Positions 18,491-27,160 of a stretch of DNA of 59,087 nt are shown here, in pieces. This DNA is from an uncultured Candidatus Saccharibacteria bacterium (GTDB taxonomy: Bacteria; Patescibacteriota; Minisyncoccia; Phycocordibacterales; CAIZLB01). The stretch's first letter is position 1. Every line of letters begins with the position of its first letter. The position numbers were made by a program, and so were the translations under genes. The DNA lies in NCBI GenBank assembly GCA_964460835.1, contig CAYWQF010000001.1, forward strand, positions 1 to 59,087, written 5' to 3'. Under the pieces are notes generated by a model that saw nothing but the letters and a program-made list of their open reading frames with translations, was not told where the DNA came from and did not search any database.

Positions 18491-19948
18491 TTAATTTTCA
18501 CCAACAGAATTTCCTGCCACGTACCCAGTAGTCCAACAAAGTTGCAAACTATATCCACCAGAAGGTCGGTCTATATTTAGTATGTCACCAACAAGGTACA
18601 AGTTTGGAAATAGGCGAGACTGCATTGTCTTGAAATCCACTTCAGTGAGCTCCACACCACCACTTGTCACTATGGCTTTATCTTCACCAAGCAAGCCTTT
18701 TACTTGCATACTCATATTTTTTAGCGCGTCTACTATACGCAGTCTTTCTTCACGAGTGACACTGTGAGCAAATTTTTCACCATCAATCTTTGCGAGTTCT
18801 ATGATTGTATTAAATATTGCAGTGGGGAGTGTGGTTGCTATTATGTTTGTGACCGATGTTGTAGTCACTGTTTTGGCCGCCTCCACATTTGAAGTAGATG
18901 CCACCGCGCCGTTGGCTACAGCTAGATTTTCATTTATAAGCTTCAAACAATTCTTCAGCTTTTTATTACTCTCTTTACGAAATAGTTCGTTGAGCCCTGC
19001 ATTTAAGTCTGCATGACTGGTGCTTGGAAGTAAGTCGAGTGACATACTTACGTCGCCGTACTTCAAAAGCTCACCGACATCTTTACTCATATTGAGTATT
19101 GTTGGTCCAGAAAGTCCGACGTGAGTGAAGAGTATTTTACCAGTATTGTTAACGCTCCCGTTTATAGATTGTTTTACACTATTTTGAAAAATATTTATTT
19201 TCACTTTACTCACAGATGTTCCTGCGAGGTTTGCAATCCATTTATCTTTTATAGCAATAGGTACAAGAGAGGCAACAGGCTCTATGACTTTGTGACCAAT
19301 ATTCTTTAACCATACAAAACCATCACCAGTAGAGCCTGTCTCTGGATGAGACTTGCCACCAGTAGCGAGGATAAAAGATTTTGCAGATATATTTTGTTTA
19401 TTTTTTGTGCTTACGCCGACGATTTTTCCACCAGTGACACCGTCACCAGCTTCATCACCACCTTCTTTTATAAACCCAGCCACCTCAGTGTTTGACATTA
19501 CCGTCACTTTTCCTTCACCTATATAACGAACAAGCACTTCGAGTACAGAAGATGATTTGTTACTTTCAGGAAAAACACGATTTTCATTTTCTACTTTTGT
19601 CGGCATGTTTCGTGCATGGAAAAAGTCTAGCGTATCTTTGACGCTATATTGTGAAAAAGCCGAAAACAGAAACTTGTCGCTTCCTTTAAACTTGGCGAGG
19701 AGTTTGCGATTGTCGAGCTCAGCGTTGGTGACATTGCATCTACCACCACCTGTTATGAGGAGTTTTTTACCTAGATGGTCATTTTTCTCAAGCAATAGCA
19801 CTCGCATTCCACGCTCAGCTGCACGGCCTGCAGACATCATTCCTGCAGGTCCACCGCCTATGACTACGACGTCAAAATCCGTATTTGTGGCAGGTGTATG
19901 TGTCTGCCCAGTTTTAGATTCACGCTTATTTGAGCTATTTTTAATCAT
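18491..19948 (-). CDS. HI0933/YhiN-family FAD-dependent oxidoreductase
   Basis: DVVVIGGGPAGMMSAGRAAERG dinucleotide fold, TGGGRCNVTN, and C-terminal GEDKAIVTSGGV..LYLVGD blocks. Confidence 0.85.
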   Translation of the reverse strand: MIKNSSNKRESKTGQTHTPATNTDFDVVVIGGGPAGMMSAGRAAERGMRVLLLEKNDHLGKKLLITGGGRCNVTNAELDNRKLLAKFKGSDKFLFSAFSQYSVKDTLDFFHARNMPTKVENENRVFPESNKSSSVLEVLVRYIGEGKVTVMSNTEVAGFIKEGGDEAGDGVTGGKIVGVSTKNKQNISAKSFILATGGKSHPETGSTGDGFVWLKNIGHKVIEPVASLVPIAIKDKWIANLAGTSVSKVKINIFQNSVKQSINGSVNNTGKILFTHVGLSGPTILNMSKDVGELLKYGDVSMSLDLLPSTSHADLNAGLNELFRKESNKKLKNCLKLINENLAVANGAVASTSNVEAAKTVTTTSVTNIIATTLPTAIFNTIIELAKIDGEKFAHSVTREERLRIVDALKNMSMQVKGLLGEDKAIVTSGGVELTEVDFKTMQSRLFPNLYLVGDILNIDRPSGGYSLQLCWTTGYVAGNSVGEN

Positions 19949-20048
19949 TTTTACATACTAACACATGGGGTAAAAAGTGGTATAATAGAATGCATTAAGG
20001 TTTAATCATTATTAAGTAACTTTCTTAACCTTATTATTTAATTTAAAT

Positions 20049-20486
20049 ATGAAAAATTTATTTCACGATAAAAACTTTGGCTTACTAGTACTCAGAGTAG
20101 TTGTAGGTATTGTCTTTGTAATGCACGGCTATCAGAAGTTTGGATCTATAGATATGGTATCTGGTTTTTTTGCTAGTCTAGGTCTTGGAGCTTCTATGGC
20201 TTATGTAGTTGCTACTATTGAGCTTGTTGGTGGTATTTCTCTTATACTTGGCTACGGTTCAAAGATCGCAGCAGGTCTTCTCGCAATAGTTATGGCTGGA
20301 GCTATTATCAAAGTGCACGGTGCAAACGGTTTCTTCTTAGGACAGGCTCCTGGTTATGAGTTTGTACTGACACTTCTAGGTGCAAGCGTCGCTATCCTTT
20401 ATACAGGTGCTGGAAAGTACGGCCTAGGCTCAGATTGTGGTTGTCCTTGCTCAAAAGGAACTTGTCCTATTGAGAATAGTAAGTAA
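20049..20486 (+). CDS. DoxX-family membrane protein
   Basis: 145 aa with four hydrophobic helices. LRVVVGIVFVMHGYQKF is the typical DoxX start. Short Cys-rich tail (CGCPCSKGTCP). Confidence 0.7.
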   Translation: MKNLFHDKNFGLLVLRVVVGIVFVMHGYQKFGSIDMVSGFFASLGLGASMAYVVATIELVGGISLILGYGSKIAAGLLAIVMAGAIIKVHGANGFFLGQAPGYEFVLTLLGASVAILYTGAGKYGLGSDCGCPCSKGTCPIENSK

Positions 20487-20503
20487 TTGACAAATTTAAA
20501 AAT

Positions 20504-20536
20504 AAAAACACTCAGATAACAGTGTTTTTTATTTTT
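20504..20536 (+). terminator. intrinsic terminator after DoxX gene
   Basis: Stem AAAAACACT (20504-20512) / AGTGTTTTT (20521-29) with an 8-nt loop, followed by a T-run. Confidence 0.6.
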
Positions 20537-20585
20537 AAATGCATATGCTAATATTGAAGTATATAATGTCGCTTTGTGTCTAAAT

Positions 20586-23500
20586 ATGACTTATAGATAT
20601 TACCCAAAAAACATAAAATATTTTTACGGCATATTTATTTTAATTATGTCTTTATTTTGTTTGCCAGATAAAGTTTACGCTGGTGCCACTGATACATTAT
20701 CTTTCTCAGATAATTTTGACAGTTTAACTTCTGGTAGTTTGTCAGGACAAAATGGGTGGACTACAGCCAGTGGTGCTTGGACAGTTACTGCTACAACAAC
20801 AGGTAAGAATATTGTAGGTAACTCAAGTAGTTATAATACATCTGTTATTTCTCAAACTGGCTATAGTTTAAAAGATTCGAGACTTATGGTTGATTTTTTG
20901 GTAGAAGCAGGACATCCAGGAGTTCACAATTGGCTAAGAAGGACTGGCACTGCATCAACAGCTGCTGGTTATGATCTTTTTTACTATTCGGACGGCAAAC
21001 TTTATCTAGATTATATTAATGGTGCGGCTATCACAGGCTTCAATAGTGTTTCTTTTTCTGCGACAGCTGGCACTTGGTATACATTGGAGTTTGAAGCTAT
21101 AAATGATGGTTCAGGAAATCCTGTTTTAAAAGGTTGGATGTATCAGCAAGGCACATCTAGGCCAGGTAGTCCAAACATAACCTATACTGACACAGCAAAG
21201 AGTCAGGCTAATGCGGGTTATGCTGGTATTGGTGGAATAAGTTATGCTGTTACTGCAGACAATGTTCTTTTATATTCAGGAGATGCTGCACCTCCTACTG
21301 CACCAAATACACCCACCTCTTTTGCTGCTGTAGCTACTTCTACAGAAGTCGCCCTATCTTGGACAGCCCCTTCAAACGGAGGTTCTGCTATCACTGATTA
21401 CTTAGTTGAATATAGAACAGGAGGAAATTCATTTGCCACTTGGAATGACGGCGTTGGTACTAGCACTTCTACTACCATAACAGGTCTTGCAACAAGTACC
21501 GCTTATGATTTCAAGGTTTATGCTATAAATGCAATAGGTACAAGTACTGCTGCTACTGTGAGTGCGACTACTACATCAGGAACAGCTCCTTCTACCCCTA
21601 CTTTACTTAGTCACATTGGTGCACACGCATCAGGTGGTGGGGGAATAACCTCAGGCTCTATAGATTCTACTGGGGCTACTTTACTTGTCGCTACAGTGAG
21701 TGTCGTAGCCCAATCTGCTGCTGGTGTGACGGTATCAGATTCAAATGGAAATACTTGGCATGCTCTCACAGATCGTGCTGGTAGTGCAAATATACACACT
21801 GCAATTTGGTATGCCTACGATAAGGCTGGTAGTAGCTTAGTAACATCTCCAAACAATACAGTTACTATTGCTGGTACCAATATTTACCCATCAGTTAGTT
21901 TCTCTGCATGGGCGGGGACACTTACTAGTAGTGACCCTTTTGATGTACAGAATGGCTCTGGTGGTAATGGAGTAAGTATATCAACAAATAATGTTACGCC
22001 TTCGCAAAATAATGAATTAGTCATAACTTCTTTTGGTTCAGATACGTCTGGAACATATACTGTAGGGAGTTCTTTTACAGTACTGGATACATCAAACTTT
22101 TCTAGTGGAAGTAATATGGGAAATTCGAGTGCTTACTATATCCAAAATTCAGCTTCAACCACAGGGCCAACATGGAGTACTACAGGGAGTGGTAATATAG
22201 CTACAGGTATTGCGACTTTCAAAGCGCGAAATTCCGGTGCTACTGCTCCAGATGCTCCAACTAGTTTTTCTGGCACCGCAGGTCTTCAGCAAGTCGCCCT
22301 ATCTTGGACAGCCCCTTCAAACGGAGGTTCTGCTATCACTGATTACTTAGTTGAATATAGAACAGGAGGAAATTCATTTGCCACTTGGAATGACGGCGTT
22401 GGTACTAGCACTTCTACTACCATAACAGGTCTTGCAACAAGTACCGCTTATGATTTCAAGGTTTATGCTATAAATGCAATAGGTACAAGTACTGCTGCTA
22501 CTGTGAGTGCGACTACTACATCTTCATATATAACGATAACTTCACCATTAAGGAGTGTTTCTGCTTCTTCGACTGTCGCTACTATAGCTATACCTAGATC
22601 AGAATGTTCAACAACATTTTACATACCTTATATACAGACAAGTTCAACTTTGTCGGTATCCACATCAGTAGATTCCTCAGGGCTACCAATCGGAGGAGGA
22701 GTTAAGTTTGTATTGACAGATTCCCATTCAAATACAACTACTTTATATGATATGTCAGCTCCTTTTGCTGTATCGTTTACCAATCTTGAAAAGGATGAAT
22801 ATACACTGGATACTTACATTGTTGACTCAAGTCAGGTCGTCCAGTCTGGTGTGGCATATCATGATACAGCTACAAATATCGGTATCGGAGATATTTATGT
22901 AGCCATAGGAGATTCTGTTACAGAAGGTTATGATGGAACCGCGTATAACGTATCTCCTTATACGGATTGGACACAGGCTCCGGTGAAGTCTACTGACAAT
23001 AGAAATTACCCACAATGTGGTATTTCAAGTGGGTTTTATCAAGATCATTGGCAAGAAGTTAGTCATCATATTTCATTAAATAATACTCTAGAATCCTACA
23101 ACGATTATCCAGTTTTCTTTCTTAATGAGGGTGTGGCAGGTATTACATCAAGTGGTTATATAACAAAAATGAATACCTCTGCTTGGCAGACACCAGTTAC
23201 AACGCTTTCTCCTAATAAGTGGTTGTTGCACTTAGGCACTAACGATGGTGGAGGATCATCGGGTTTTAAAAATAATATGCAAAGTATTATTGATACTCTT
23301 GGTGTGACATACGGCGCAAGTGGTAGAGATATTATTCTAGCTGTACCTTCTAAGTATAATAATTGGCAGCCATATATAAATGATTTGATAACAGATAATG
23401 ATTTAACCGCTGGTCCAAATTTCACTACTTATTACACAAACCATCCGGCTACTTATTCGAGTCCGCATCCAACAGTGAGTGGTCATGTACAGATGTCTCG

Positions 23501-24260
23501 TATGTGGGGTATCTCTATAATAATGCCCAAAAATATTTTAGCCACAGAAGCATCGTCAACAATAAATTTAAGTTGGGATACTTTATCTGGAGTAGAGCCG
23601 ACAATTGTCGGGTATAAAGTCTATTATGGTACAAGCTCAACGACTTTAAACAATACATTAGATGTCGGTTCTAATAGCTCGACTACAATTAGTTCAGGTT
23701 TAACCAATGGACAAACATATTATTTTGCCGTGCAGGGTTATGATGATGACGCTTACTCTTTAAATCTAACAGCTACATCATCAATAGTATCTATAAATTA
23801 TGTTGGTGATACTACACCTCCCGTCATATCATCTGTCGCTACATCAACTACTGACTCTGCATCACAAGGCCCCTCAGCAGGTGGTGGTGGCTTTGTATCT
23901 GCTAACGGTATTACAAACAATACAAATACCAACACTACCACAAACAACAACGGAGTTGGAAAACCAATCACAAACACAGGTCTCCCAACAAACTTCACAT
24001 TTAAAAAGAATGCAGATACTGGTACAAGAAATACAGAAGTACTAAACCTACAGAAGTTCTTAAACACACAAGGTTACAAGGTATCTACTAAAGGTGCAGG
24101 TTCTCCAGGTAAAGAGACACTACTCTTTGGTCCAGCTACTCGCGCAGCACTTGCTCGTTTCCAGAAAGCCAATGGTATCAAGCCAGCTGTAGGCTACTTC
24201 GGTCCTTTGACTCGTGCGTACATCAACAGTCTTATCAAGAGTGGGGTGGTAGGGAGGTAA
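20586..24260 (+). CDS. giant surface protein: lectin/LamG-like N-domain, FN3 repeats, SGNH/GDSL hydrolase-like domain, C-terminal peptidoglycan-binding domain
   Basis: The ORF is open from a TTG at 20574; the ATG is at 20586. Signal peptide. FN3-like modules (LSWTAPSNGGSAITDYLVEYR...YDFKVYAINAIGTS, present twice, plus a third LSWDTLSG..GYKVYYG). GDS block (VAIGDSVTEGYDG). PG_binding_1-like tail (LQKFLNTQGY...ALARFQKANGIKPAVGYFGPLTRAYI). Confidence 0.8.
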   Translation: MTYRYYPKNIKYFYGIFILIMSLFCLPDKVYAGATDTLSFSDNFDSLTSGSLSGQNGWTTASGAWTVTATTTGKNIVGNSSSYNTSVISQTGYSLKDSRLMVDFLVEAGHPGVHNWLRRTGTASTAAGYDLFYYSDGKLYLDYINGAAITGFNSVSFSATAGTWYTLEFEAINDGSGNPVLKGWMYQQGTSRPGSPNITYTDTAKSQANAGYAGIGGISYAVTADNVLLYSGDAAPPTAPNTPTSFAAVATSTEVALSWTAPSNGGSAITDYLVEYRTGGNSFATWNDGVGTSTSTTITGLATSTAYDFKVYAINAIGTSTAATVSATTTSGTAPSTPTLLSHIGAHASGGGGITSGSIDSTGATLLVATVSVVAQSAAGVTVSDSNGNTWHALTDRAGSANIHTAIWYAYDKAGSSLVTSPNNTVTIAGTNIYPSVSFSAWAGTLTSSDPFDVQNGSGGNGVSISTNNVTPSQNNELVITSFGSDTSGTYTVGSSFTVLDTSNFSSGSNMGNSSAYYIQNSASTTGPTWSTTGSGNIATGIATFKARNSGATAPDAPTSFSGTAGLQQVALSWTAPSNGGSAITDYLVEYRTGGNSFATWNDGVGTSTSTTITGLATSTAYDFKVYAINAIGTSTAATVSATTTSSYITITSPLRSVSASSTVATIAIPRSECSTTFYIPYIQTSSTLSVSTSVDSSGLPIGGGVKFVLTDSHSNTTTLYDMSAPFAVSFTNLEKDEYTLDTYIVDSSQVVQSGVAYHDTATNIGIGDIYVAIGDSVTEGYDGTAYNVSPYTDWTQAPVKSTDNRNYPQCGISSGFYQDHWQEVSHHISLNNTLESYNDYPVFFLNEGVAGITSSGYITKMNTSAWQTPVTTLSPNKWLLHLGTNDGGGSSGFKNNMQSIIDTLGVTYGASGRDIILAVPSKYNNWQPYINDLITDNDLTAGPNFTTYYTNHPATYSSPHPTVSGHVQMSRMWGISIIMPKNILATEASSTINLSWDTLSGVEPTIVGYKVYYGTSSTTLNNTLDVGSNSSTTISSGLTNGQTYYFAVQGYDDDAYSLNLTATSSIVSINYVGDTTPPVISSVATSTTDSASQGPSAGGGGFVSANGITNNTNTNTTTNNNGVGKPITNTGLPTNFTFKKNADTGTRNTEVLNLQKFLNTQGYKVSTKGAGSPGKETLLFGPATRAALARFQKANGIKPAVGYFGPLTRAYINSLIKSGVVGR
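21346..21577 (+). repeat. 232-bp perfect direct repeat, copy 1 (FN3 module)
   Basis: Read base by base. Identical to 22291..22522 as far as I can see. Confidence 0.9.
22291..22522 (+). repeat. 232-bp perfect direct repeat, copy 2 (FN3 module)
   Basis: Identical to 21346..21577. The two copies are in the same frame and 945 bp apart (start to start). Confidence 0.9.
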
Positions 24261-24296
24261 TAGAGAGGTGATAAATCATTGTATGTGTGGTATAGA

Positions 24297-24324
24297 AAAG
24301 CGCTGAAAATATAGGCGCTTTTTT
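24297..24324 (+). terminator. intrinsic terminator after surface-protein gene
   Basis: AAAAGCGC ... GCGCTTTTTT hairpin with a T-run. Confidence 0.55.
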
Positions 24325-24342
24325 GGTGTAAAAAATGCTAAT

Positions 24343-26064
24343 ATGTTCTCTATGAAGAAGTCTTCAAAGGTAGGAAAATACGAGAAAAAAAATATATCTA
24401 GTGCTAGCAAAAGCGCTCGGGCCAATGCTCTGTCTAGAATATCGGATGATTTGCAAAGTGCACAAAACGCCAAGCTCGCGCAAAATATTCACGGCAGACA
24501 TAGTGGTCGTGGTACACATAGTGGACACGGCGGCAACAACGCGCACAATGAAATAGACATTTCGAAAATAACTTTGTCCGAAGAGTTTGAACAGATAATT
24601 CATTTACTAGAAAATTCAAATGAAAATCTTTTCATAACAGGTCGCGCTGGTACGGGAAAGTCTACCCTCCTTAGCTATTTTCGAGCTAATACAAAAAAGA
24701 ATGTAGTGGTACTTGCGCCAACAGGTGTGGCAGCACTCAACGTTCGAGGGCAAACTATTCATGGATTTTTTAAATTTAAAATAGGTGTCACTGAAGCGGA
24801 TACAAAAAAGATACCTGAGCAAACTCTCGATGGAAAACTTTATTCAAAAATAGATATGATAATCATAGATGAGATATCCATGGTGCGTGCAGACTTGTTT
24901 GATTGTATAGAAAAGTTTATGTGGATGAATGGTAAAGAGCCCGGTAAAGTTTTTGGTGGTACCCAGATCGTGGTGATAGGTGACTTGTTTCAACTTCCGC
25001 CTGTGGTGACTCAAGGTGAGCATCACATATTTGAGACCAAGTACAACAGTCCATTTTTCTTTGATTCTCGTGCTTACAAAAAAGGCAATTTCGAGACTGT
25101 GGAGCTCACTACTGTATATAGACAAAATGATATTCGTTTCATTGAGATCCTAGACAAGATTCGTACTGGCGAAGCGCAGATGCATCATTTGGAATACATA
25201 AATAAGACTTGTTGCGATGGATATATTCCTGAAAAAATAAATAACGCGCGCAATGAGAATAGTCGCACAGATGCCGGCTTATCAAGCGATCGCGGAGGTT
25301 TCGGTGATGATTATGCGGACGGCGAAACAGGTGACGACGGTGAAGTGATAATAAGAATGGATGAAATAGATAGTGAAGATGACAATGGAAAAGAATTTGC
25401 TGATATTGAACTAAGTTTAGTAGATAAGCTGGGCAAAAAAGATATAGATGAAGAAAAAGATCTGGTGGTGCATCTCGTATCCACAAACGCTTTGGCTGAA
25501 AAGATAAATATGCAAAAGATGGAAAGCCTCAAAGGCACAGCAAAAGTTTACAAAGGTTCTTTGTCTGGACGTTTCGATGAACGCAATGCTCCTGTACCAA
25601 AAGAACTTGTACTAAAAGTTGGCTCGCAAGTAATGACACTCAAAAATGATCCTATGGGTAGATGGGTAAATGGTGATATCGGTATTGTCGATAAACTTTT
25701 TGATGATGCAGTTCGAATAATTTTTCAAAATGGACGTATGGAAACTGTAGAAGGGAACTCATGGGATATGATTCGTTATGAGTATGATGATATATTTGAA
25801 AAGCTAAGCTCTGAAGTTGTCGGTCAATACACACAGATACCAGTGAAGCTCGCATGGGCTATCACTATTCACAAAAGTCAGGGTAAATCTTTCGACAAGG
25901 CCATCATCGATCTCGGTAACGGCGCCTTTGCACATGGTCAGGCTTATGTGGCACTTAGTCGTGTCAGGACACTAGAAGGCATCACATTACGTACCCCTTT
26001 GCAGGCTCGGGATATTCGTATAGATGAGCGAGTGAGGGATTTTCTAGGAGGGTATAGTAGGTAG
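24343..26064 (+). CDS. PIF1/RecD-family (SF1B) DNA helicase
   Basis: Walker A GRAGTGKST, Walker B IIIDEISMV, GDLFQLPPV, TVYRQ, AITIHKSQGKSFD and YVALSRVRTLEGI. Has a His/Gly-rich N-terminus and a large acidic insert. Confidence 0.85.
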   Translation: MFSMKKSSKVGKYEKKNISSASKSARANALSRISDDLQSAQNAKLAQNIHGRHSGRGTHSGHGGNNAHNEIDISKITLSEEFEQIIHLLENSNENLFITGRAGTGKSTLLSYFRANTKKNVVVLAPTGVAALNVRGQTIHGFFKFKIGVTEADTKKIPEQTLDGKLYSKIDMIIIDEISMVRADLFDCIEKFMWMNGKEPGKVFGGTQIVVIGDLFQLPPVVTQGEHHIFETKYNSPFFFDSRAYKKGNFETVELTTVYRQNDIRFIEILDKIRTGEAQMHHLEYINKTCCDGYIPEKINNARNENSRTDAGLSSDRGGFGDDYADGETGDDGEVIIRMDEIDSEDDNGKEFADIELSLVDKLGKKDIDEEKDLVVHLVSTNALAEKINMQKMESLKGTAKVYKGSLSGRFDERNAPVPKELVLKVGSQVMTLKNDPMGRWVNGDIGIVDKLFDDAVRIIFQNGRMETVEGNSWDMIRYEYDDIFEKLSSEVVGQYTQIPVKLAWAITIHKSQGKSFDKAIIDLGNGAFAHGQAYVALSRVRTLEGITLRTPLQARDIRIDERVRDFLGGYSR

Positions 26065-26237
26065 TTTGGATAAATAGGTACAAAAGGTGCAAAAAATACA
26101 CCACACTATTGAGGTATTGACAATTTTTAGGCCTGTGATAGGCTACTGCTTATCGTCTAAGTGGGCGACTTATTGGGTGCATAGCACTCGGTAATCATTG
26201 AAAACAACAAACACAGAACCCAAGATACCCAGAAAGC

Positions 26238-26768
26238 ATGAAATACAACATCAAATCGTTCCTCGTCATCGTCGCCGTCATGGCCATTTGTGTGATCTCT
26301 CCTTCCACCGCCGGCGCCGCCGAAAAGGCCAAGCCCGACAGCAAGCAGGGGGTGAAACAGATTGGCAAGGCGGCCGGCACCAGTGCCACCGACCTCGGCA
26401 GCGCCACATCTCAGATCTGGCAACAGGTCGAGAAGTTGGCCAAACCGCACCTCGGCTCCTACACCATTCTGTCCATCGAGCATTCGCCCGACGGCAAGAG
26501 CGGCACAGTCGCCATGTTGCGCAAGGCTGACAAGCACCAGGTCACTTTCACGCTCCCGGAGTCTTCGCTTCTGGACGTTAAAATGGCAAGTGGCAGCGCT
26601 GAGATCAAGTGCACACAGCACGACGGAATCTACATTACACTGAATCATTCCGACGGCACTGTGGCACTTACGCACCATCTCGGCCTCAGCCTCACCGGCG
26701 ACACCACGACCCAACCGAAGAAGACGGCCATGACGAAGCTCGTGCCGCCTCCTTCCAAAGGTTCGTGA
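26238..26768 (+). CDS. secreted hypothetical protein encoded on a GC-rich islet
   Basis: 176 aa with a signal peptide (FLVIVAVMAICVISPSTAGAAE). A sample line counted ~63% GC against ~40-45% in neighbouring genes. The overlapping ORFs in other frames are treated as shadows. Confidence 0.5.
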   Translation: MKYNIKSFLVIVAVMAICVISPSTAGAAEKAKPDSKQGVKQIGKAAGTSATDLGSATSQIWQQVEKLAKPHLGSYTILSIEHSPDGKSGTVAMLRKADKHQVTFTLPESSLLDVKMASGSAEIKCTQHDGIYITLNHSDGTVALTHHLGLSLTGDTTTQPKKTAMTKLVPPPSKGS

Positions 26769-26832
26769 GACCGACCCGCCTCGCCAATTTGGCACACTGA
26801 TCATTCCACCATTGCGTGATTGATCGGCATAG

Positions 26833-26907
26833 ACCCGCCACCGTTTTTCCTAACCCCAAGAGAGAGTTGCTTGGAAAGGATATTAAAACGGTGTGCGGGT
26901 TTTTTTA
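26833..26907 (+). terminator. large hairpin plus T7 run at end of GC-rich islet
   Basis: ACCCGCCACCGTTT (26833-46) pairs with AAACGGTG-t-GCGGGT (26886-26900). An inner CCAAG/CTTGG hairpin is present, followed by TTTTTTT. Confidence 0.45.
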
Positions 26908-27160
26908 TTTTAAAAATTTATTTACAAAAAAAACGCTACCTTATGCGCGCGTACATTGCCATTCACCATTGACACACCCTATATTTTAGTATATTGTACT
27001 CGGGTAAGTTTATCTCATTAGCTTTTGCCTATAGTGAGCCTTTATGGCCACCTACGCGCCAATTTATTATTAGCCTTTGGAAAGTCACAGACTTAATCCA
27101 AAAGCCCCGGCGTTTATGAATGTTTAAGGGCGAGATCTAATCGCCTTACATTACATAAAA

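Noticed and set aside
26590-26680. Possible second DGR variable region (shares ATTCCGACGGC and CACTG with the VR at 30105-30131)
   Set aside because: Only an 11-mer plus a nearby 5-mer match. The flanks do not align without gaps, and the IMH-like GCGGGCTCGTG end is missing. A few 11-mer matches are expected by chance in a window of this size.
26157-26804. 215-aa minus-strand ORF and several other 60-110-aa ORFs overlapping 26195-26800
   Set aside because: GC-rich DNA is poor in stop codons, so all frames stay open. Only the plus-strand 26238..26768 frame has a plausible signal peptide and ordinary amino-acid composition. The others are Arg/Gly/His-rich shadow frames.
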